Positions 35,301 to 47,300 of a stretch of 64,000 nucleotides of DNA are shown here, piece after piece. The first letter of the stretch is position 1. Every line of letters begins with the position of its first letter. The DNA comes from Neoechinorhynchus agilis (lineage: Eukaryota > Animalia > Acanthocephala). The DNA lies in NCBI GenBank assembly GCA_051530055.1, contig CM121341.1, positions 1,364,001-1,428,000 on the forward strand, in the 5' to 3' direction. The position numbers were made by a program, and so were the translations under genes. Below the pieces are notes generated by a model. The model did not search any database, was not told the origin of the DNA, and worked only from the letters and a program-made list of their open reading frames with translations.

Positions 35301-35858
35301 TTCATTTATTTAATTCTTTTATTAAGTATCTATGTGCTGCCGTTTGCACCAAGGAAACTAAGCAGTCGTGCAAAAGGCCGCACATAGATACCTAATAAAA
35401 AGCGCTTTAGTTGAGTTATCCTTCTCGAATTAGAAGGCAACACAATGTCATTTATTCGCTGAAAGCAGTTCACTTACATTGTCAGCCGCATAATCACTTT
35501 CATAGAACGTCAAGTTTTTCAAGTATAAATCTTTTGCGATGAAATACGACATTATCGCAGTGTGATCTTTATTTGTTCATTAATTGACCAAACGATTGAT
35601 ATTTGGATTTTGTTTTAAACTCTTTGATCGTATTGAGCCAAAAAGAGATTATCAAGAACTGCGATTTTGTTTAGATCTTTAATAATTCGAGAAAAGGCGT
35701 TAATTAAGCTTTTTATACAAGGATGCTTAGTATTTTTACAAGGTGCTCTTTAAATTCATAATCGAACGAAAAATAGAATATCAAAAAAATCGCGATTTTG
35801 AGTTGATGTGCAAAACATCGTTTCTTGACCACAGTCGTGCCGCTGAGCATTTCTCGAT

Positions 35859-35931
35859 AGCCCCTGGAGAGATTCGAACTCTCGACCCCTGCTTTACGAG
35901 AGCAGTGCTCTAACCACTGAGCTACAGAGGC
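35859..35931 (-). tRNA. tRNA-Thr(CGT)
   Basis: GCCTCTG TA GCTC AGTGGTTA GAGC A CTGCT CT CGT AA AGCAG GGGTC GAGAG TTCGAAT CTCTC CAGGGGC T: full cloverleaf. Confidence 0.96.
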
Positions 35932-36299
35932 CGTCAGACATTCCTACTAAGATATATAAATATGTTTAATTGTACGAACACTTTAATAAACTGCATATTA
36001 ACAAATATCGAATGTACATAATTTTCTTTTAGTTGAAATTTTTTAAGCTTTGAACGATCTTTTAATCGTATATGGGAACCTTCATTTAAAATTTTAACAT
36101 TAAGGGATTTCTTTTTTAACAATTGTTTGATTTAAGTGTAATTTCTGCGAGCTGTTAGAAAACTTAAATTAACGCTAAAATCCGGGCATAAAAAGGTTAT
36201 TATTTATTTATTAATCCGCCTCGTACATTCACAATTAAGTTAGAAATTTGTTCATTAAAATCCTGTTCCTATTCGTTCTTGTATATTCACATCTGGCTG

Positions 36300-37250
36300 A
36301 TTTCAACTTGGGCTGAGTGTTGGATTGATCAGATCCCTCAGCCTCTGTTTATCAGCCATTGTTTCTAAATTCCTGTGCTTATTATATATTTTTATAGTCT
36401 TTTTCCTCTATTCCATTTAATAAACATCTAAATATCACCATCTCTCCGTTTGTGAGTTTTGTTAATCGGTAAATCTGTTCGTTTTGCCCATTCTTGGATG
36501 GATCCTCACCGTATTGAAATCTAAAAGCTAGAACCCCAACCCTCACATACTTACAATTTCTAAGTGCAGGATTATAAAACCACATTTTTGTAAAAAATAA
36601 TTTAATTAAAAAAGAGTTAAGAGGGGCAAAATCTAGTTCCAAATTATCCAATAACTTTTTCAGTTTATCATGAAATTTTATAAAAAATTGTATCTACATT
36701 CGGGTGGACGGCATCTTGCGAAAAAACAAAGGGACCCTCCTATTATGGTTTTAAGGATGCTGTAAACTGTTTTCTTGTTAATAAGCAAATGCTTAGATCT
36801 CATAGTGGCCGCTTTAATTTTGTTCATTGTATTCTTAAAATGTGTATTTATAAAGAGTCTATTATTTAATGCAGGAAAGTCAACTCCCAAGAGCCGAGTG
36901 TGTTTTTTGATGGCCATAAATTTATAAAACGGAGACGTATTTAATAGGGTAACCAGAGATTTCCTTGGTAAACGTGACTTAGTCAAAGGAATGATGCATG
37001 ATTTTTTTAAATTAATTACCAAATTCGCTTCTTTTAATTTCACAGATAGTTCATTTAAAAGGTTATTGATATCGACTAAAACTGTAACGATCAGTATGAT
37101 AATTGTGTATTTTTGCAACGAAATCGAACTCACGAAATCACTATAACACTTGACTGCCAAAAGGTCGAAACAACAATAAATGTGCAAAAATCTATTTTTG
37201 AAGACTTAAAAGAAATCGATCTCGAAACGTTTTTATAAGCAGATTCAGTC
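36300..37250 (-). mobile_element. Degenerate L1/Tx1-like RT C-terminal fragment
   Basis: LKEANLVINLKKSCII...HTRLLGVDF...KIKAA, resembling the post-YADD region of L1-group RTs. Confidence 0.5.
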
Positions 37251-37777
37251 CCATGGGCTCAGAAAATTGTCAATTTTATGCATTATCGAGCGATATCATC
37301 AGATAAGAAATTATTCACCGATTGGTGCTGCTTAAATGTAGAAAATAAATTTTTTAATATTTGCTCTTGTACAAGATAATTTTCAGTAAATGATGCATAA
37401 AATCTCCGAATTCCGTTATAAATTTGTGGTGTACTAATGCAAAACTGCTGCATCTTAAATGAAAGATCTTTGTTCATATTCTGACTGCATCTTAGTTTCA
37501 TTCGTTTACATTGTGACAATAAGAACCGAGCCAATACAAAAATCCAAAAAGGTTCACTTAACGCGAAAATATTCAAAGGCGAATTTTATAAATTCAGAAG
37601 TGGAATATAGTTGATGTCACAAAATTTTAGTGATTGAGATAACCAAGGAAATATCAACATCCTACAATCCAAAATGAACTTTAGTAAGGTGCGCAAAGTA
37701 TATTTTTCGCGCAAAAATTTAGGCCTCCTGTTAATTTCAACCAATAACTATCTCTCAACAAACCATATACTCAGAAT

Positions 37778-40700
37778 CTAAACGTCAACTAGATCCTCCA
37801 TTTTTATATACTTTCTATCCTCGAATCGAGCAGAGTCGCAGGCTGTTAAATACGCTTGCTGAAATCCATCGATCCAATTGTCATAATGAGGTGCATCTTT
37901 GGCACCTTCCTGAGAATTGAGAAAGTGATGAAACATGTTGTTCCAAATGGAAGGATATTCCCTCGGAAACTTGGCGTTTATTTTCCATTGGTCCGCAATA
38001 GAGTACGGTCTCATGTACTTGTGAAATACAATGCAATGGAGAGTGCTTAAAAGACCGAATGTATCGACTTGGAACTTCCAACTTCGATTTTCTCGCATTT
38101 GAACACAACACAGACTCCTGTTCTGATCAGGAGTAACAAAATCCGTACCTTCGGGGAAGAGATCAAGGTCGATACTTCGATTGAAATCGATGAGAACCAA
38201 AGGACTGAACACGTGAACCGCAGGACCATCCCTAAATCCCGGAATCGAGCGAACCAAAAAATTATCAGGTTTCAGATCAGCGTGAATTATATTGCAAGTA
38301 TGAAGAATTCTGACAATCTCCAGTAAAAGGACTACAAAAAATGTAGTCATCCATTGCGGAATCATTCGATTTCGTTTAAGGTGCCAATTTATAAAACGCA
38401 AGAGTGTCCCGTGAGGGTAGTAGTTAGTCACAAGTACGCCACAATTATTGTATTGGATTATGTATTGCGCAAAATTAAACAAGTTCATCTAAAGATTTTG
38501 GGAATTAGCGTTTATGTCTAATTGCAAAAACGTACTCGTTTGGGAGAATCAAGCATTTTCTTTATTCTATCCTTTAGTTCCATCAGAACATGATATTCCC
38601 AATACACGTGTTTTGTTTGAACCTAAGTAATCTATCGATAATTAATAATCAATCGAGTGTGTATTTAAACGTGCAAGCCAGCAGCAAATTACATCATTTT
38701 TGGCAAATGCTGATATCACATTCATGTATTATCAATACCTAAATCAAGGTTTAAAATTGTGGACACCAAGCATCTTTCCGTTGGTTCTTATTTTAGTTTA
38801 ATCTAATGAGTAACCTTTGGCTGCTTTAAGCTTATCAGACAAGATGCACCTGTTGTTCATTTAAAAGAAAACTTTAATACAGGCAAATACGTTTTGAAAA
38901 TGTCAAAGAAATAGTATTTTAAAAATCAGATTATCAACTTGCATGGGTTTTAAGCGACGAAAAAAGAAAGGAAACCGTAAGATAATAGTTTTTTAGATTT
39001 CATAAAAGTCGAGCTGCGAAAATACAATTAATTTTCGGAATCTAATTAAAAAAATTAAATTCAATATTCTACATCATTTGCGGTATTTTTGCATATGAGG
39101 CATTTTTCACATATTATGTTAGAATTTTTTAGTTGCTCGAGTTTTAATTATCGATAAAAAAAGGAATTAAATTCTCCCGTTCATCAATGTTATAAACATA
39201 ATATTCTTTTTGCATTTGTGATATGTTTAAGAAGAGTAAATAAAGTGCAAAGTTTGAGTTGTTAGAGATTGATTTAGGCAAAAATCTTATGAAACTAACC
39301 TTCACGCACAATTCTTCATCTTTATCTGAATCTTTTTTATTTGTATTGCATCGATAAACCTGAGCATACGATCCTGAGCCACAACACGTGTCGACAATCC
39401 AGAATGTTTTAGCTTAAATAAGATCAGAGTAACGAAAATTATTTACTTCGTAAAAACAGATATACGTACCGTTTCCTACCTTCGCCCCTATACTCAAAGG
39501 GAGTTTTAATTTTCCCTTTCCAATGATAAAATTACTTCTATTACTTAATTTTTGTTTGTCTAGCAGCATGTTTTGAACTTCTAATGAAAATGGATCTGTT
39601 GGATCGTGGCGTATAGATACGTTACACATCTTCTTCTCAATCGCGTCCTTTGCGTCGTAATGAACGATTTCTCCAAATTTGCAGAACTCTCCGCTTGAAT
39701 CAGTCAATGCTCCGATTCTTGTGCTCGCAAGTTTGGGAGTGAAGGCAATTGAATCACATGGAAGAGGGTTCAGAGAAGTTTATGGATTTCCCAGGTGCAC
39801 AAGTATAATGCATGGTAAAAATCATTCCGGAACATTGGTAAGCAAATGAATTGTGTGCCTAAAATTTTATTATTGTCATTGCCAGCTTAAATCATCTCAT
39901 GAAAATTCTGATACGATTATCGTTATTTGAGCACGAATTCTAGTAAATACAATAAAAATGAATTTAAAAGAGCTTCCATTTAAATTTCATTAAAAAGAAA
40001 GGAACTTTGCTGAGCCACCCAAAACACTCTTCCAATTGCAATTTCTTTAATTTGCTATCCAAGAAATTATTACCCGAATCGTGAAAGTATTGAGTATTAA
40101 GTTTGCCATCATCATAGATCTAAATTTTAAACTGGTAAAAATCATGATCAAAGATAACGCAAGCTAACCAGAGTAATTTCACATTTTTCCTCTTGAAAGC
40201 TAAATCGATGGAAAATGAGGCAAGATATGAAAAAGGGTAAAGGTATGATATCCTAGTGTTTCAAGAATTTTAATGTAGATTTAAAATAACAGCAAATTTT
40301 GCGAAATCTATATTTTTGGCGAGATCATTTTCGAAGAAAAAATAAGTTTCATTTTCATTTTGCTTATCTTTGAATTCACTAACAAAAGGCGCCAATCGGT
40401 ACTTTTCACTTTGTTTATGGCAGAAAAATTCAAAGGAATTTTCCGCCATAAACAAACATGAATAATTCAATCCTCAAACAGTCTTCACTTCGTTGTTCCT
40501 ATTGCCATAATTAAATTCTTTGATAATTAAGAGAGGAACATTTCGTTCCGGAATCTAGATATAGAAAGTTGAAAAAGGCAAAAATACGGCTAGAAATCAA
40601 ACTGAATTTTAAAATTGGATTCTAAATCAGGGTGTTCAAAAGAAATCTTACTTTCGCGGAAATTCAGATGCGGCCGAAGATCCTGGTCGTTTCTTTAGTA

Positions 40701-43700
40701 TACTCCTCCGTGGCTTGGCGGTAGCAAGATCAGGAGGTTCGTGAATCACATTCTTAGGCACATTCAAAAGACCCATTATATATCTAAATGAAATCAAAGA
40801 AATCGAAAAAACAAATCCGACTTACTTCATTTCTCGCATTAAGCATTCAGGCGCTGAGTTCAGCTCTGTGAACGCCCTTTCAAGAACACACAAAGAATCA
40901 GCTAGATCACCTTCGTAACTTTTAGACCATTCCAGCCAGAATTTAGGAAGTTTTCGAAATTTCTTCTCCTTATAAAGATACATGAACATGTATTTGGGAT
41001 GTCTTTTCGAATAATCAACCTTAGAAGGATAGAGAATGACTTGTTTGCACATCTATGAGCTTAAGGTAATCAATGAATAAGTTTAAAAGTTGATGCTTCA
41101 CTAATTAAGAATCTCAATATCTTTGGAGTTGTATAGCAATCGTCCTTTTTCATAGAATTTTCAGCGTATCAAAAGGCTTTAATGGTTTTATAAAAGTCAA
41201 AGGATCTTGCAAACATTTTCAAAAATTTTAAGACAGAAATAAATTCAAAAAACTATAAAGGCCTGAACAGTAAATTCTAAATTTTCTATGCCGCGCGAAC
41301 GTGCGTATTTGGCCTTAGATAACTCTGGAAACAAAAATTTACTTAAACGAACTTAAAATAATAATAACAATTGATTTAATGAAATATATTTGCTTATACA
41401 CGTTAAAGCTACTTTATTTTCAATGAAACTGTGAATTCAGCTGTTGAGCCATACTAAACCAAAGGCAAAATATTATAAGAAATCAATTGCAACAATATAC
41501 GCACATTAATTTTAAGTAAAACATTAATTATTTGTATAAATAAAAACTATGTTAATGACTCTATTTAAAAAAATATTTTTGGATTCTCTTTTGAGCCTGC
41601 TTAATTCTATAAATACACATTTTTAAATATAATTCGATCAGTGGAAAAGGAAAAGTATATGAATAAACAATTTTTTTACTATATCCGCCACTTTATTTTG
41701 AACAAAACATTTAACCATTTAAATAAATAAAAAACTACGTTATTTTTGGATTCTACTTTGAGCCTGCTTAATTCTACAAATACACCTCTTTAAATATAAT
41801 TGGATCCGTGGAAAGGGAAAAGTATCTGAATAAACCAATTTTTTACTATATCCGCCACTTTATTTTGAATAAAACATTTAACCATTTAAATAAATAAAAA
41901 ACTACGTTATTTTTGGATTCTACTTTGAGCCTGCTTAATTCTACAAATACACCTCTTTAAATATAATTGGATCCGTGGAAAGGGAAAAGTATCTGAATAA
42001 ACCAATTTTTTACTATATCCGCCACTTTATTTTGAATAAAACATTTAACCATTTAAATAAATAAAAAACTACGTTATTTTTGGATTCTACTTTGAGCCTG
42101 CTTAATTCTACAAATACAACTCTTTAAATATAATTGGATCCGTGGAAAGGGAAAAGTATCCGAATAAACCAATTTTTTACTATATCCGTCACTTTAGTTT
42201 GAATAAAACATTTAACCATTTAAATAAATTAAAAACTATGTTATTTTTGGATTCTCTTTTGAGTCTGCTTAATTCTACAAATACACCTCTTTAAATATAA
42301 TTGGACCAATCGAAAGGGAAAAGTATCTGAATAAACAATTTTTTTTACTATATCCGCCACTTTATTTTGAATAAAACATTTAACCATTTAAATAAATAAA
42401 AAACTACGTTATTTTTGTATTCTACTTTGAGTCTGCTTAATTCTACAAATACACCTTTTTAAATATAATTGGATCCGTGGAAAGGGAAAAGTATCTGAAT
42501 AAACCAATTTTTTACTATATCCGTCACTTTAGTTTGAATAAAACATTTAACCATTTGTACAAATTAAGAACTATGTTATTTTTTGATTCTCTTTTGAGTT
42601 TGCTTAATTCTATAAATACACCTTTTTAAATATAACTCGATCAGTGGAAAAGGAAAAGTATATTAATAAACAAATTTTTTACAATATCCGCCACTTTATT
42701 TTGAATAAAACATTTAACCATTTAAATAAATAAAAAACTACGTTATTTTTGGATTCTACTTTGAGCCTGCTTAATTCCACAAATACACCTTTTTAAATAT
42801 AATTGGATCCGTGGAAAGGGAAAAGTATCTGAATAAACCAATTTTTACTATATCCGTCACTTTAGTTTGAATAAAACATTTAACCATTTGTATAAATTAA
42901 GAACTATGTTATTTTTGGATTCTCTTTTGAGTTTGCTTAATTCTATAAATACACCTTTTTAAATATAATTCGATCAGTGGAAAAGGAAAAGTATATGAAT
43001 AAACAATTTTTTTTACTATATCCGCCACTTTATTTTGAATAAAACATTTAACCATTTAAATAAATAAAAAACTACGTTATTTTTGGATTCTACTTTGAGC
43101 CTGCTTAATTCTACAAATACACCTTTTTAAATATAATTGGATCCGTGGAAAGGGAAAAGTATCTGAATAAACCAATTTTTACTATATCCGTCACTTTAGT
43201 TTGAATAAAACATTTAACCATTTAAATAAATTAAAAACTATGTTATTTTTGGATTCTACTTTGAGTCTGCTTAATTCTACAAATACACCTCTTTAAATAT
43301 AATTGGATCCGTGGAAAGGGAAAAGTATCTGAATAAACAATTTTTTTACTATATCCGCCACTTTAGTTTGAATAAAACATTTAACCATTTAAATAAATAA
43401 AAAACTACGTTATTTTTGGATTCTCTTTTGAGTTTGCTTAATTCTACAAATACACCTTTTTAAATATAATTGGATCAGTGGAAAGGGAAAAGTATCTGAA
43501 TAAACAATTTTTTACTATATCCGTCACTTTATTTTGAATAAAACATTTAACCATTTAAATAAATTAAAAACTATGTTATTTTTGGATTCTCTTTTGAGTT
43601 TGCTTAATTCTACAAATACACCTTTTTAAATATAATTGGATCAGTGGAAAGGGAAAAGTATCTGAATAAACAATTTTTTTACTATATCCGTCACTTTATT

Positions 43701-45430
43701 TTGAATAAAACATTTAACCATTTGTATAAATTAAGAACTATGTTATTTTTGGATTCTCTTTTGAGTTTGCTTAATTCTACAAATACACCTTTTTAAATAT
43801 AATTCGATCAGTGGAAAGGGAAAAGTATCTGAATAAACAATTTTTTTACTATATCCGTCACTTTATTTTGAATAAAACATTTAACCATTTAAATAAATAA
43901 AAAACTACGTTATTTTTGGATTCTACTTTGAGTCTGCTTAATTCTACAAATACACCTTTTTAAATATAATTGGATCCGTGGAAAGGGAAAAGTATCTGAA
44001 TAAACCAATTTTTTACTATATCCGCCACTTTAGTTTGAATAAAACATTTAACCATTTGTATAAATTAAGAACTATGTTATTTTTGGATTCTCTTTTGAGT
44101 TTGCTTAATTCTACAAATACACCTCTTTAAATATAATTGGATCCGTGGAAAGGGAAAAGTATCTGAATAAACCAATTTTTTACTATATCCGTCACTTTAG
44201 TTTGAATAAAACATTTAACCATTTGTATAAATTAAGAACTATGTTATTTTTGGATTCTCTTTTGAGTTTGCTTAATTCTATAAATACACCTTTTTAAATA
44301 TAATTGGATCAGTGGAAAGGGAAAAGTATCTGAATAAACAATTTTTTACTATATCCGCCACTTTATTTTGAATAAAACATTTAACCATTTAAATAAATAA
44401 AAAACTACGTTATTTTTGTATTCTACTTTGAGTCTGCTTAATTCTACAAATACACCTCTTTAAATATAATTGGATCCGTGGAAAGGGAAAAGTATCTGAA
44501 TAAACCAATTTTTTACTATATCCGTCACTTTAGTTTGAATAAAACATTTAACCATTTGTATAAATTAAGAACTATTTTATTTTTGGATTCTCTTTTGAGT
44601 TTGCTTAATTCTATAAATACACCTTTTTAAATATAATTCGATCAGTGGAAAAGGAAAAGTATCTGAATAAACAATTTTTTCTACTATATCCGCCACTTTA
44701 TTTTGAATAAAACATTTAACCATTTAAATAAATAAAAAACTACGTTATTTTTGGATTCTACTTTGAGTCTGCTTAATTCTACAAATACACCTTTTTAAAT
44801 ATAATTCGATCAGTGGAAAAGGAAAAGTATCTGAATAAACCAATTTTTTACTATATCCGTCACTTTATTTTGAATAAAACATTTAACCATTTAAATAAAT
44901 TAAAAACTATGTTATTTTTGGATTCTCTTTTGAGTTTGCTTAATTCTACAAATACACCTCTTTAAATATAATTGGACCAATCGAAAGGGAAAAGTATCTG
45001 AATAAACAATTTTTTTACTATATCCGCCACTTTATTTTGAATAAAACATTTATATCTCAAATCGATGAAGAGTAAAATATCTGGTGAAATCGTGAACTTA
45101 CGTAAATGACAAACAAGTCGAGAAGACGTTCTTCGTTGCTGTATTTTTCTTCCTTTATAAACGTTGGGCAAGCTTTGTTTAATAGTTTGTACATAACCTC
45201 GCCGGCTCGAGAATGTGGACGAATGTTGATGAGCCTATGAACTTCCCTTGAATAAAATCGTTAAAACAGGAACATGAAATCCAAGACCTACGCGCAAAAA
45301 CTCTCCAAAGGATCAGTGGAAGCATTATGGCAAGAATAAGTTGAAAGTGCATTATCACTTAAAAATATCGGTAAAGTATCATTCCGTTAAAATAATCTTA
45401 CCTTGAAATGCTTGCATCTTCATCAGCCAT
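37778..45430 (-). CDS. BUB1: BUB1/BubR1-family spindle-checkpoint kinase, multi-exon
   Basis: ATG at 45430. TPR-like N-terminus (DPLESF, KYSNEERLLDLFVIY, FWLEWS), GLEBS-like LRIELFIEKY, kinase GSGSYAQVY / VQ...YWEY / IIHADLKPDNFL / LIDFNRSIDL / WKFQVDTFG. Several clean GT-AG introns (e.g. 38489-38535, 41053-45101). The exons between ~39.8 and 40.65 kb are not fully resolved. Confidence 0.88.
41515..45050. repeat. Satellite array, ~167-bp unit, about 21 copies, AT-rich, inside a BUB1 intron
   Basis: GGATCC at 41802, 41969 and 42136 (period 167); two alternating unit variants. Confidence 0.97.
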
Positions 45431-45767
45431 TTTGTGCCGTGAGAAAGATAGGGTTAAAATTATATTATAGAAGCCAATAGGTCCGGCACGGCAGAAGGCG
45501 TTTGTTGGTGATGCTGCGGTTGACGATTGAGTATTTGGAAATTACGCAGAAAAAACGTTCAGATTTGTGAAAATTGGTAAACAATATTAAAATACGAGGA
45601 ACGGTCGAGGAAAATCAATAACTACTTTTGTGGTTCGACGATCAAATTGTGATGATTTGAAGTAGTATTGCTAAAAATATAATGTTGTAAAGTTGTTCGT
45701 GGATAGATTTGGTTTGGTGATTGAGAATATTAATTTATCTATTTTCTCAATCACCAAAGAAAATATA

Positions 45768-46040
45768 ATGGCAGACGTTCTCAGGGACGTATGTATACTC
45801 CGAACATCGAATCTTTAAACGAATAAGAATTTAAATCCTTTTTGGGGCTACGGCCATTTGTCCACGTCTTCAGTTGTAATTGAAATGATCATGAAAACGT
45901 CATTTGCAGATTTGGTTAATATCGTTTTTTAGATTTTAATCTTTTTATCTTGAACATTTTAATTTATAGCACAAGCTTCCTCGAAATGTGTTTCGGTCGC
46001 ATTGTACCAATGACATAATTAAAATGCTTATTGAAATTTA
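45768..46040 (+). CDS. Possible short spliced gene divergent from BUB1, product unknown
   Basis: ATG GCA GAC GTT CTC AGG GAC|gtatgt...ataag|AAT TTA AAT CCT TTT TGG... with a second plausible gt...tatag intron. No recognisable homology. Confidence 0.3.
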
Positions 46041-46179
46041 AAACAGGAACTAGTATAGATTCTAAAGATTTTTTTACAATCATATTTTTTATTTTGACGA
46101 TATAAACATAATTATTCGCCGTCCTCGTCCTCAATTGTCGCCCCAATGCTTGTAGTGTTGCCTCTCAATACGACGATGC

Positions 46180-47300
46180 TGATATTTTGAAACCTGGCCT
46201 TGCGTCGCCGTTTGTAACCTGAAGGCGTCGCTTCAGATCCCTCAAGAGTTGAAGAGCATCGTTACTAAGAGATCCGTAGGTCTCAACTCCAAAAGGCACA
46301 AATACATGAACCCGGTCTAAATCGAGGTATTTCGCCGTTTTCCGTCCTTCCGCAGCGCTCGCTGCACCTCCAGCTTGAACCGCCGAGAACTTGAGATTGC
46401 TGGCCTTGAGTATATCGACACAAGTGGCGTCCCGGAGGTGGCATTTACCCTAACGCCACGGAAATACGGTCACCCCATCAGGTCTACGTCCGTCGTCTCT
46501 ACAGAGGTTAACAGGTTCCAAAATATTGGGAGCATGTACCGTAACAAGTGCCCGTCTCAGCACCATGTTAATTTCGGCATGTCTTGCAAATCTGCCGGCT
46601 GATTTTCTACAGATGAGACCATAATGTCCCGACGAATCCACATTAGCACCGCAGCGGTAACGGTGGGGATGACACATCGGTAGCCCAAGTCTCATTGAAA
46701 CTCCGACCCATACTGCCTCGTCGGAGATGAGAGCACCCACAGATGCCAGCGAGACCGCGTTCAACCAAGCATTTGATTCTCTAGTGGAGACTGCCAACAA
46801 CCTAGCACGGACAACGTCCTCGCTTGAGTCTGATAAGAGAGAGCTTTGAACTCTTGCGACGAGGGGTCGATCCCACACAGATTGTTTTTGGCCATTCTGA
46901 CAGCTGGACATTTAAAACTTGCTCGAGACAGTCCTTCAATCTATCATCTAGCTTGCCATGCTGAACCTCGTGCTTGAAAAACGGGGCAGTGCGTTGAACA
47001 TAAAGGAACTTGGGGATGAAGAGGGTGTACTTTATCAAGAACAGAGCCTCGTGTGATCCAAGCTCACAGACCCTATCGCAAAGCACCGATAATTTCTTTA
47101 GAAGGCTGTTAATTTCGTTTTCTACATTCCATCAAAGACGCAACTGCCCAAAAGCTTAAGCCGGTCTAGGTCGATCATTTCTATCCCGGGTGCAACATTT
47201 TCAAAGTCGCGATTTATTACGTCTTTTGCAGGGCCCCTCTCTAGGTTACGGAATAGAATTTCGCACTTTTCTGTGGCCTCAGCACCTAAAGGACATGATG
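46180..47300 (-). mobile_element. CRE-like element, 3' half
   Basis: LFLIKYTLFIPK, RLGLPMCHPHRYRCG...HYGLIC...GRFARHAEIN, RPDGVTVFPW. Confidence 0.9.

Noticed and set aside
40600-40660. Phase mismatch at a BUB1 donor, and a similar one near 53180, as further non-canonical splicing
   Set aside because: Each is fixed by a single extra base in a short run and has no convincing hairpin, so an assembly indel is the simpler explanation.
41515-45050. CRISPR-like array
   Set aside because: Units are contiguous ~167-bp repeats with no unique spacers, there are no cas genes, and the context is eukaryotic.
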